From positions 806,001 through 870,000 of the forward strand of contig JABVCE010000003.1 in assembly GCA_014905635.1 (NCBI GenBank): DNA of 64,000 bases. Direction: 5' to 3'. The notes below the pieces were generated by a model. That model saw nothing but the letters and a program-made list of their open reading frames with translations. It was not told where the DNA came from and did not search any database. The position numbers were made by a program, and so were the translations under genes. Each line of letters opens with the position of its first letter. Position 1 is the first letter of the stretch. Origin of the DNA: Scenedesmus sp. PABB004. Lineage: Eukaryota. Shown here piece by piece: positions 37,750-47,531 of this stretch.

Positions 37750-37795
37750 GCCTGAGCTGTTCCCTGTGCAGCTGCGCGCTGACACAGCTGTAGAC

Positions 37796-37800
37796 TGTAA
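37796..37800 (+). promoter_or_regulatory. Polyadenylation signal TGTAA for the Rossmann-fold gene
   Basis: Canonical chlorophyte signal 47 nt after the stop codon. Confidence 0.6.
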
Positions 37801-37994
37801 TCGTTGTGGTTGGTGCTGCCCCGTTCGCGGCACGCGCGCGTCAATTGTTGTTGCTGCAGCGCCCGGCCGCTCGCGACGCAGCCACAGCGCGGCCGCTGCT
37901 CAGCACCCACGCAGCAGCCGCGCGCTGTGCCCTCGCGTCCAGGCACGGCGGCGGCGGGCTGCCACGTGCATTACCAACGGCAGCGCCGCGGGCG

Positions 37995-40194
37995 TCACAG
38001 CGCCGAGCGGCTGCCGACCGCAGCGCCGTCCACGCTGCCGGCGCCGCTGCCGTCGGCCGCGCCGCCACCGCCACCGCCGCCGCTCCCGCCGCCGCCGCCG
38101 CCGCCGCCCTCCTCCTCCTCAATCGGCGTGAACCTGCGCGGCGCGCGGCGCGGGCAGCGCGGCGCCGGTCGCGCCCCCGCGGCGGCCCCACGCGTGCGCG
38201 CGCCGCCCGCCCGCGCTCCCCCGCACCATGGCTCGTCGCGGCCCGCCCACGCGGCGATGAGGTGGTGCGCAACCGCAAAGGGCGGGGGTATGAAGAAACC
38301 CAGGCTGCTCCAGCTGCGCTTCTGGATCTCGGGGAGCGGCCCCGCGCGGCCGTAGAGCCCCACCGCCGCGCGCAGCTCCGCGCGGTCGTACCACTGCGCG
38401 CGGCGCCGCCGCGATGCGCGGCGCGGCGTGCGCGGCGCGCGGTGCGCGCCGGCGCCCCGCCGCCGCGCCGCCAGCCCCTCGCCGCCGCGCCCCGCGCCGC
38501 CGCCGCCGCCGCCGGCGCCCTGCAGCGCCGCGCCGCGCCGCGCCGCTGTGTCGCACCTGCACGTCCTCCATCTCCGCCGGGTTGAGCATCACCTCGTAGC
38601 TCGTCGCGCGCGCGACGCAGCCGATCATGAGCTCACACGACCCGTACCGCCCGATCGGCCACGGCTGCGTGCCCACGATCTGCACGTCGCTCACCTGGCG
38701 CGGCGGCGGGCGGCGACGCGGACGACGCGGACGCGCCGGCGGCGGGCCGCGCGGTGGGCGCGCGCTCGCGCGCGGCGCGCGCCAGCGCCGGCGGGGCCTT
38801 GCCGGCGGCGCGCCGTCACGGCCCGCACCTGCACGCGCGCCTCCTCCATGACCTCGCGCCGCACCGCCTCCTCGATGCCCTCGCAGGGGTCGATGAAGCC
38901 TGAGAGGCAGGTGTACATGCCGGGCGTGCTCTTGGCGCTGCGCCCGAGCAGCGCGCGGTGGCCGTCGGGCGACTCGACCAGCATGATGACCTGCGCGCGA
39001 GGGCGTGTGTGTAAGACACTGTGTGTGATGAGACTGCGTGTGAGACTGTGTGTGTGTGACCGTGCGTGGGGTGGCGCGCCCCAGCGCGCGCGCCGCGCCC
39101 GTGACGGCCGGCGGGCCGGCGGCGGCGCAGCCGCCTGCGCACCACCGGGTCTGTGCGGGGGTAGAGCTTGTGTTGCTGCTTCGCGGTGCAGCGCCGCCGC
39201 GCGCCGCCCTCGCTCGGCAGGGTCTCGCTGCCGCAGCGCGGGCAGAACAGGTGCATCTGCGGCGCGGCGCGGCGCGGCGCCGCGCCCTGTCGGCGGACGC
39301 GCCGCCGCCGCTGCGCGCGCCGCGCGCCTGAGGTTAGGCGGGCCACGCGCCTGGTGCCACTGGCTGAGCGCGACCGCCTGGCCCGCGATCGCGGCGGCGT
39401 CGAGGCTGAGCGTGGGCAGCAGCAGGCGCAGGTCCTTGAGACTCACACGCAGGTCGCACCCGTTGCGCAGAAAGTCCTGCAAGCGCGGCGCGCGCCGCGT
39501 CGGCGCGCCGGGGCGGCGCCCCGGCTGACCAGCCGGCCGCCGCTGGTGGCTGCCGACGCGGCTGCCGCAGCAGCTGCCCCCGCCCCGCTCCACCGACACG
39601 CACATACACACGCACGCTCGCGCACGGCCCACTGCCCCTCCCGTCCACGTCCGCGCGCCGCTGCGCCGCGCCGCACCATGAACAGCTCGCGCGCGGGCGA
39701 GATGTCCACCGCAAACGTCCAGCGCTCCTGCACGTCCAGGCCCAGCAGGTATAGCGGCAGCGGGATGGACTCCGCGCCGTCGCCTGCGCGGCGGGCGGGC
39801 GCGCGGCGCCGGTCGTGGCGTGCGCGCTGTGCGCCCGCGTCCGCGGCCGCTGGCGAAGCCGCCGCCAGCGCCGCGGCCGCGGCCGCCGCCGTCGCGGCCG
39901 CTCACTCGGCGTCCAGCGCAGCAGCAGCTGCTCGCCCTGCAGCTCCAGCTCGGGGTCGTCGGTGCGCAGCAGCAGCGCCTGCAGGTCCTGCGCCACGCCC
40001 GGCGAGCTGTCGGGGCCGACCGGCCGCACCACGACGTCGCGGCCGGCGACCACGATGAGGCTGACCTCGCTGTCGGGGTTGAACGTCGCCTGGAAGCGCT
40101 TGAGCAGGTCGCTGTGCCGGTCGAGCGGGTTGCCCGTGAAGTGCTGGCACGGCAGGAAGCCGCTCAGCACCACGCCGCCGCCCGCGCCCGCCAT
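37995..40194 (-). CDS. NADH pyrophosphatase / NAD-cap decapping Nudix hydrolase (NudC/NUDT12/AtNUDT19-like), multi-exon
   Basis: FTGNPLDR, AGQAVALSQWHQ, zinc ribbon FCPRCG..RRRC, YPRTDPV|VIMLV, Nudix box SGFIDPCEGIEEAVRREVMEEA, TQPWP, IPPPFAVAHHLI. Ends ..SRSAL*. Confidence 0.92.
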
Positions 40195-40626
40195 GGTGGG
40201 TGGCGCCAGGCAGCGAGGCTCCACGGAAGTGGTGGCGGCAGCGGCCTGCTGGTCGCGGGCCGCCTGCGCGGCGCGGCGCGGCGCGCCGCCGCCGCTGCTG
40301 TTGCCGCCGCGGCGCCGCAGCCGCCAATCCGGCGCGAGCGAGGCGGCGTGCGAGCGTTAGGCGGCTATCTTGCGCGGGTGACGGCCGGCTCGGCAGCGGT
40401 TGCGCGGCGTCGCTGGGGCCGGGGCAGGGCGGAGGATGCAGGCCGAGCGCGGCCCTGGCTGCTGGCGTGCGGAGAGCGCGAACTGGTGCGCTCGGCAGGC
40501 GGGGTACAATACGGCGTTCTAGCAGACGCGCGCGTGGGCCCCCCGCGGCACCGCCGCCGCCGCTGGACCGCCGCTGCACCGCGGCTGGACCGCCGCCGCA
40601 GTCGCCCCGGGCGCGCTCGCTCATAA

Positions 40627-43474
40627 TCACCTGCCCCAGAGCACCATGTCCAGGAACACGAAGAACTGCGCCGCGATGACGAGGAGAACGAGGGCGATCA
40701 GCGCCCAGCCGCGCGCGCTGAGCCGCGACGCGCCGGCCTTGGCCTTGGCGTGGCGCGCCGCCGCGCGGTGCGCCGCCTCGCCCTCGTCGCCGCTGCCGTC
40801 GTCGCTGTCGTCCGCCTCGTCCTCGCTCTGCCCCCCGCGCTCCCACGCCGCCGCGTCGCCGGAGGGCGTGTCGTCGTCCGGCCAGCCCGCCACCGCGCCC
40901 CGCGCAAAGATGGCGCCCGCGCGCAGCAGCAGCTCGCCGTGCAGCGCCATCAGCAGCTCCGTCTCGAGCGCGCTCGCCTCCGCCTGGACCTCGCGCTCCG
41001 GGCCGGCCAGGTTGAACGCGTACTTGCCGCCGCCGGGCCGGAGCAGCTGGAACAGGCTGGCCGCGGGCCGCGCCTTGCCGTCGGCGCCGGCGCGGTGCGT
41101 GGGGTCGCGCGCGGGCGAGGCCCACGTCGGCGGCGCCGCGACGCGGCTCGAGCGCAGGAAGGGCTCCCCGCCCGCCCCGAGCTCAAACGTGTAGTCCTTG
41201 GCCACGCGGGCACAGCCGGGCGCGAGGTAGGGGTTCGGGCAGAACTCGAGCTCGACTGCAAGGCGCGGCGCGGCGCGGCGCGGCGCGGCGAGTGGGCGCG
41301 CGCGCTGCGCCGCGCGTGGGCGGCCAGGGGCCACGTGCGCCGCGCCGCGGGCCGCACGCCGTCCGCGCGCCGCGCACGTTTGCCGTGCGCCTCTCTGCTG
41401 CTGCCGGCGCCGGCCGTGATGCTCAGCCGCACGTCGGCGAGGCTCGCCAGCACCGCGGCGTCCCGGCTGCTGATCGCGAGCGCCGCCGCGTCGGCCGAGC
41501 GCAGCACGCGCAGCCAGAAGCGAGGCACGCTGGGCTCGCTCGCGCCCGGCGGCAGCAGCAGCGCCCGGCGCTTGACCGCGAGCTCCTGGCGCAGCTTGTC
41601 GCCCGCCGCGGTCGCCTCCGCGCGCTGCCGCTGCCGCTGCGCCGCGAGCTCGTCCAGCTGGGCCTGCGGGCACGCGGGCGCCGCGGGCGCTCGGCACGGG
41701 CCTCGGCCGGCCCCTCCCTGCGTCGCGCGCGCCGCCCCGCCCGCGCGCCTGGTTGTGCCGCAGCGCCGCCAGCACCGCCTGCACGGGCGGCGGGAGGTCC
41801 TCGTGGCTGCCGCCGCCAGACACGACGGCAAAGTCGTCGTCGTCCTCGTCGCTCAGGCTCTGGGCGGCGGCGGCGCGCCGCGCGGCCGGCGGTCAGGGCC
41901 AGCGGCGGGCCGCAGGCGCCCCGCGCGCGCGTGCACGGGCGCCGGCATCGCCCCCGCGCTGCGCCACAGTGGGGCGGGGCGGGGCGGCGTCGCGCGCCTG
42001 GCGGCCCGCCCACCTGCAGGGGGCCAGCCATGAAGAGCGCCGCTGCGCGCGGCAGGACCTCGCCCAGCAGCGCCGCCATCACGGCCGCGTCGGCCCGCGC
42101 CTTGGCCGACTTGGCGGCGCCGCCCTGCGAGCGCGCGGGGCACCACGCGCGTTGGAACGGCGGCGGCACCACGGACACGTCGGCAAGCAGCAGCCGGCCG
42201 CTGTTGGCACGCCCGGAGGCGCCGCGGGGCACGCGCACCGCGTCGCCCTCCCCGTCCGAGGCGTCGCTGTCGCCGCCGACCAGCGCCGCGGGGTCGTGCA
42301 GCGCGCCGCGGCGGGCCGACGTGGTGGTGTCTGGCGCAAAGAACCGGAAAAAGGAGGGGCAGGCCTTCAACCGCACGCCGGCGCCCGCCCCGTCGTCGGC
42401 GCCGCCCTTGGCCTTGCCGCCCTTCTTGCCCTTCTTGCCGCCGCCGCCCTTCCGCACCTCCTGCGCCGCGCGGGCGCGTGAGCGCGCAAGCTTGCGGGTG
42501 CTGCCCGCCGACGGCCCCTGCGCGCGGCCCAGCCCGTGCGTGGCGCCGCGCGCCCCGCGCGGCCGCGCGCCTTGACCGTCAGCTTGTGCTTGGTGTCCTT
42601 CCAGTCAATGGCGGTTGTGACCTCCAGCGCCCCCGCGTCGCCGAGGCAGCGCCGCAGCGTGGAGTTGGTGAAAAACGGGTTGGCCGCAAACGCCATCTCC
42701 AGCGTGGGCGGGCCGCCGCCTGCAGCGGCGTGGAAGCGCGGCGGTGAGCTGGCGCGCGGGCCGCCTGCAGCCCGGCCCGCCGCCTGCGGCTGCTCGGCCG
42801 CCTGCCGCCCTGCCAAAGCAGGCAGGCGCCGCCGCGTCGCGCCTGGCGGGTGCACGGCCTTGATGCTGGTGCAGTGGCTCAGCGCCAGCCTGTCCCGGCT
42901 GCTGATCTCCTCGGCCAGCCCGTCCTGCAGCGCAGCGGCGGGCAGCCGTGAGCTCGCGCGCGCGCGTGCGGCGCGCAGGCAGCGGCGGCGCGCCCTGTGC
43001 CGCCGGCGCGCCGCACGTGGTTGCAGAGTGCGTTGAGCCAGAACTGCGGCACGCCCCGGGGGCTCTTGCCCCCGCCGGCGGCCGCGGCGGCGCCGCCCTG
43101 CGGCTCAAAGCCCGCCAGCTCCTCGCTCGTCGGCAGCGCCTTGCCCGACACCAGCTCCTGCCTGCAGCGCCACGCGGCGGCTTGGTCCAGGGCTCGGGCT
43201 GCGGCGCGGCGCGGCGCGGCGCGGCGCGGCGCGCCAGCAGCGGCGACCGCGCGGCGCGGGCGGGCGCACCGGCGCTTGAACAGCGAGTCGAGCGCCTTTG
43301 CGTGGCCCGCCCCCGCCACAGCAAACGAGTCCTCGACCGCCTGCAACTGCGCGGCCACCGCCGCCTGCGCGGCCGCGGAGCAGCGGCGGTTGGCGGCCGC
43401 TGCTGCACCCGCCGCCCGCGCGGCGCCGCGCCGCACACCTCCAGCTCCTGCATGGCCTGCAGCGCGGCCTCCAT
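40627..43474 (-). CDS. Tandem NAP/SET (nucleosome assembly protein) domain protein with C-terminal transmembrane tail, multi-exon
   Basis: Domain 1: PQFWLNALCNH|DGLAEEISSRDRLALSH, FAANPFFTNSTL, IDWKDTKHKLTVK, CPSFFRFF, EVLPRAAALF. Domain 2: VPRFWLRVLRS..ISSRDAAVLASLADVR, LEFCPNPYL, SLFQLL, ELLLRAGAIF. Then an acidic tail and WALIALVLLVIAAQFFVFLDMVLWGR*. Confidence 0.8.
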
Positions 43475-43764
43475 GGCGGCGCGCTCGCGCAGCGGCGGGG
43501 CGGGTGGCTGCAGCAGTTCTGGCCGCGGACGACCGCCGCGCGGGAGCGGCGCGCAAGGCCGGTGCGCGGCGGCAGCGTGCGGGTGCGGCTTGCGGGTGCT
43601 GGTGTCGGTCCGGAGACTCTGGTCGTGCGGACAGACGGGGCCCGCGGCGGCGCGGTATAGACCGCGGGAGCGCGGCGGCGCAGCGCGGCGGTCTGGCGGC
43701 GGGCGCGGCGGCGGCGCCCGGGAGGCTGCTCCGCCGGCCCCCACACACCGGGAACTGCACCACC

Positions 43765-43923
43765 ATGGCGTCCGAGGAGTGCACAAAGCTCAGTTTGCCC
43801 TTAATCACAGAGGCGTGCAGCATTTTCTTCCGCGATGTGTACGCTGACGAATTCCTTGCCCCAATCTACAAGGGCGTCAACATGGTGGTCCTCAGGCGGC
43901 ACGTCAGCTATTTCCTCTTCCAG
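43765..43923 (+). pseudogene. Duplicated exon 1 of the truncated hemoglobin gene (orphan or alternative first exon)
   Basis: Reads the same as 44795-44953 (MASEECTKLSLPLITEACSIFFRDVYADEFLAPIYKGVNMVVLRRHVSYFLFQ) with an intact CAG|GT donor. Confidence 0.7.
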
Positions 43924-44036
43924 GTCCGCCCGCGCTCGCCGCGCATGCTGGGGCGGCGCTGCCGGCGCCACGCGCCGCTCCGGGGCGGCTCGCGCCCGCC
44001 CGGGGGCGCGACCCGCCGCGCCCGCCCGGGCGCGCA

Positions 44037-44504
44037 CGTGGTTGCAGAGAGCGTTCTGGTTCAAGAGCCAGAACTGCGGCGCGCCCCGAGGGCTCTTGCC
44101 CCCGCCGGCGGCCGCGGCGGCGCTGCCTGGCGGCTCAAAGCCCGCCAGCTCCTCGCTCGTCGGCAGCGCCTTGCCCGACACCAGCTCCTGCCTGTGGCGC
44201 CACGCGGCGGCGGCGTCCAGGGCTCGGGCTGCGGCGCGGCGCGGCGCGCCGTGCCAGCCAGCAGCGGCGACCGCGCGGCGCGGGCGGGCGCAGCGGCGCT
44301 TGAACAGCGAGTCGAGCGCCTTTGCGTGGCCCGCCCCCGCCACAGCAAACGAGTCCTCGACCGCCTGCAACTGCGCGGCCACCGCCGCCCGCGCGGCCGC
44401 GGAGCAGCGGCGGTTGGCGGCGGGCGCCGCTGCTGCACCCGCCGCCCGCGCGGCGCCGCGCCGCACACCTCCAGCTCCTGCATGGCCTGCAGCGCGGCCT
44501 CCAT
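44037..44504 (-). pseudogene. Duplicated exons 1-3 of the tandem-NAP gene (orphan or alternative 5' exons)
   Basis: MEAALQAMQELE|AAVAAQLQAVEDSF..LFKRR|QELVSGKALP..PQFWLLNQNALCNH with frame and exon-3 donor intact. Confidence 0.7.
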
Positions 44505-44794
44505 GGCGGCGCGCTCGCGCAGCGGCGGGGCGGGTGGCTGCAGCAGTTCTGGCCGCGGACGACCGCCGCGTGGGAGCGGCGCGCAAGGCCGGTGCGCGGC
44601 GGCGGCGTGCGGGTGCGGCTTGCGGGTGCTGGTGTCGGTCCGGAGACTCTGGTCGTGCGGACAGACGGGGCCCGCGGCGGCGCGGTATAGACCGCGGGAG
44701 CGCGGCGGCGCAGCGCGGCGGTCTGGCGGCGGGCGCGGCGGCGGCGCCCGGGAGGCTGCTCCGCCGGCCCCCACACACCGGGAACTGCACCACC

Positions 44795-46013
44795 ATGGCG
44801 TCCGAGGAGTGCACAAAGCTCAGTTTGCCCTTAATCACAGAGGCGTGCAGCATTTTCTTCCGCGATGTGTACGCTGACGAATTCCTTGCCCCAATCTACA
44901 AGGGCGTCAACATGGTGGTCCTCAGGCGGCACGTCAGCTATTTCCTCTTCCAGGTCCGCCCGCGCTCGCCGCGCATGCTGGGGCGGCGCTGCCGGCGCCA
45001 CGCGCCGCTCCGGGGCGGCTCGCGCCCGCCCGGGGGCGCGGCCTGGGCCGGGGGTCTCGAACCGCCGGCCGCCGGGCGCCCGCGGCCGGCGGCTGGGCGG
45101 GGGGCCGGCGCCACTGCTGCGGGCCTCACCCGACCTGCCGGTGACGCCCGCCCGCAGCTGTCCCAGTTCGAGTGCCCCATGACCCCGCGGCAGATCGAGT
45201 ACCTGCGCACCGCGCACCTGCCGGTGGTGCTGCAGCGCGGCGCGACAATGGCGCACGTCGACCGCATCGTGCAACACCTCGCGGCGGCGATGCTCTCCTG
45301 CGGCGCGCAGGTGCGCGCGCCGCCGCGGGGCGCCGCGTGGGCGCCGCCCCGCAGTCGCGCCGCCCCGTGCGCATGCGCGCGCGCGCGCAAAACTGCGCGG
45401 GCCTCACCCCGCCGCCGCCGCCGCTGCTGCCGCTGCTGCTGCTGCTGCCGCTGCGCAGGAGTCGCAGATCAACATGGTGGCCGCCAAGCTGAAGCCCTTT
45501 GTGATCATGTTCCCCGAGACCCCGCACCCCGCGCCCAAGGGCATGCGGGCGAGCATGGACGGGTCGAGCGCGTCGGACGTCGAGGCCGTCCTGCGAGAGC
45601 TGACGTGCCCCGCGGGGACGTGCGCCGACCCCGCGTCGTGCCCCGCGGCGATGGCGTGCCCCGTGGCGGCGGCGGCGCGCCCCGCAGCGGCGGCGGCGTG
45701 CCCCGCGGCGGCGGCGGCGCGCCCCGCAGCGGCGGCGGCGTGCCACGCCGGGGTGTGCGACAGCGCGGCGGATGCGGAGGGCTCGTGCCCCGTCGCGGCC
45801 GGCCCTGGCTCGTCGCCCGCCAAGCCAAAGGCCGGCTGCGGCGCGCAGCGCTGCGCCTGCGACGCGGACTGCCGGTGCGGCTGCGCGGCGAGCCCGTGCG
45901 CCGGCGCGTGCCCATGCGCCAGCGCGGCGCAGCAGGCCGTGGGCGGCGGCGGGGGCGAGCCGGCGGCCGCGAAGCCGTCGTGGCTGCAGCGCGTGTTCGG
46001 GTGCGTGCGCTGA
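44795..46013 (+). CDS. Group I-like truncated (2/2) hemoglobin fused to a Cys/Pro-rich, metallothionein-like C-terminal tail (exons 44795-44953, 45158-45310, 45459-46013; 288 aa)
   Basis: FFRDVYADEFLAPIYKGVNMVVLRRHVSYFL resembles the trHb FYxxVLAD..LAPFFxGVDMxxL pattern; LRTAHLPVV carries the proximal His; HVDRIVQHLAAAMLSCGA resembles HFDAVxxHLxxxL..GV. Three phase-0 exons with canonical GT-AG; the tail has 18 Cys. Confidence 0.8.
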
Positions 46014-47531
46014 CAAGGCGCGCGCACGCGCGCCGCGCCTGCGCGCGACGTCTTGAGGCGCCCGGCAGCTCCCCGCGGCCGTCGGGCCGCCCCCGCCCAC
46101 GGCGGGCCTAGCTCATTCCTTGACACACAGCACTTGCAGCCCGCATCCCTTCATCTCTTTCTGTGCGTGCCCGCGCAGTGGCAGCCGCTGCCACCCCCTT
46201 GGCGGCAGCTGCGCAGCGGGTGCGTGCGCGCGCGCTGCCGCGCCCGTCGGCGGCGGCGCGTGGCCGCGCTGTCCTCCCCTGTATGTGTGTGTGCGTGTGT
46301 GTGCGTGTCGCGTGGCGTCTTTGGTTGTGTACTACGGCGGCGCCCCCAAACAAACGGCGCGCCACGGGTCCTCGAGGTCCCGCCGCGTGTGGCCTCTTCG
46401 GCCGCACGACAATCAAAGCAAACCTCGCATCGCGCCCAACAAAACAGAGGTCTCCACAAAACGGGAGGAGGGGTGGAGGGACCGGCCGCGCATGTTCGTT
46501 TGGGCGCAAGACTCAACGGGCGCTCCTCGGCGGCGGCCGCTTGCGCGGCCCGCGGCGGCCGCGCCTGGCGGCAGCCGCCGGCTGCCTGCGGCTCAATGCA
46601 CTCACGAGCACGCAGCGCGTTCACTTGCACGTCGTTTGATCACCACGCGCCTCCTTCACCCGCGCGCCCGCCCGCCCAGCCAGACTAGCCGGGCGCGGCC
46701 GCGGCGGCGCTCCCCTCAAGCGTCACGCCATCCATCACTGCGCTTGCTGCGGCCGCTGCCGCCGCCGGCAGCAGGCAGTCGCGGCTGCGGCTGCCTCCTG
46801 CCGCGCGCTGCACTCACCACCACTGGGTTTCAGCTTTCCAGCCCTCGCTCAGCATGACGACCGCACGGGCGCGCCTTGAACGGCCTGCCTCTGCATGCAT
46901 GCACGGGCGACGGCGATGACTGCCCGTCTCCTGCGCGCGAGGAGGAACCGCGCGCGGCGCGGTTCGCGCGCTGGCCACGTTGTCGCGTTGCTCTGTTGTC
47001 CGTGTCTGACAAACCATCCCTTGCCGCCAGCTCGCGGCCCTCGAGGTGGGCGCCCGACACGCGCTCGCGCTTCGGACTGGGGTCGACTCGAGTCTGAGTT
47101 GACAAGGTTAACTCTCGTCACCGCCCCGGCCGCCCGCAGCCCCCATACCCCGGCGAACAGCGCGAGTTTGCGCGCGCCCGCGCAAGCAAACAAACCACCA
47201 CAGGTCAGGCGACACAAAGCGATCGAGCTGCCTCGCGGGAGTGCAGCATGCAACGACGACGACAGCTAGCTGGCTAGTCAAACAGCGACCTAGCAGCCCG
47301 GTTTGGCGACAGCCACTTGCCTCGAGTTGGGTGCCCGGCGCACGCGCGCGAGCTGCAACCTCTGTCTCGCTCTCACTCTGCCTCTGCCCCTCTCACTCGC
47401 CGCCCCTCTCTCTCTGTTCAACGTGGCGTGCGTTCCAACAATCCCGAGGTCGAGTTCCCGGCGGTGCTGCACATAGCACTGCTTGCCCGGACGCCGCAGC
47501 ACATGGGGTTGGGGTTGCGCGGTCTGCGCGC

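Larger units (their letters stand above)
43012..45040. repeat. ~1.03-kb direct tandem duplication (copy A ~43012-44010, copy B ~44033-45040) containing NAP exons 1-3, the shared promoter and globin exon 1
   Basis: Near-identical sequence at an offset of 1021-1030 nt, e.g. GGAACTGCACCACCATGGCGTCCGAGGAG at 43751 and 44781. Copies differ by substitutions and small indels, including a 9-nt in-frame insertion giving QFWLLNQNALCNH vs QFWLNALCNH. Confidence 0.95.

Noticed and set aside
3910..43474. PCNA, NAP and Nudix genes as an endogenous giant-virus insertion
   Set aside because: All have host-like introns and GC content, sit among ordinary housekeeping genes, and no viral hallmark genes (capsid, packaging ATPase, polB) are visible.
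45999..46013. C-terminal GCVR of the globin fusion as a CaaX prenylation signal
   Set aside because: The Cys is third from the end, not fourth; S-acylation remains possible but is unsupported.
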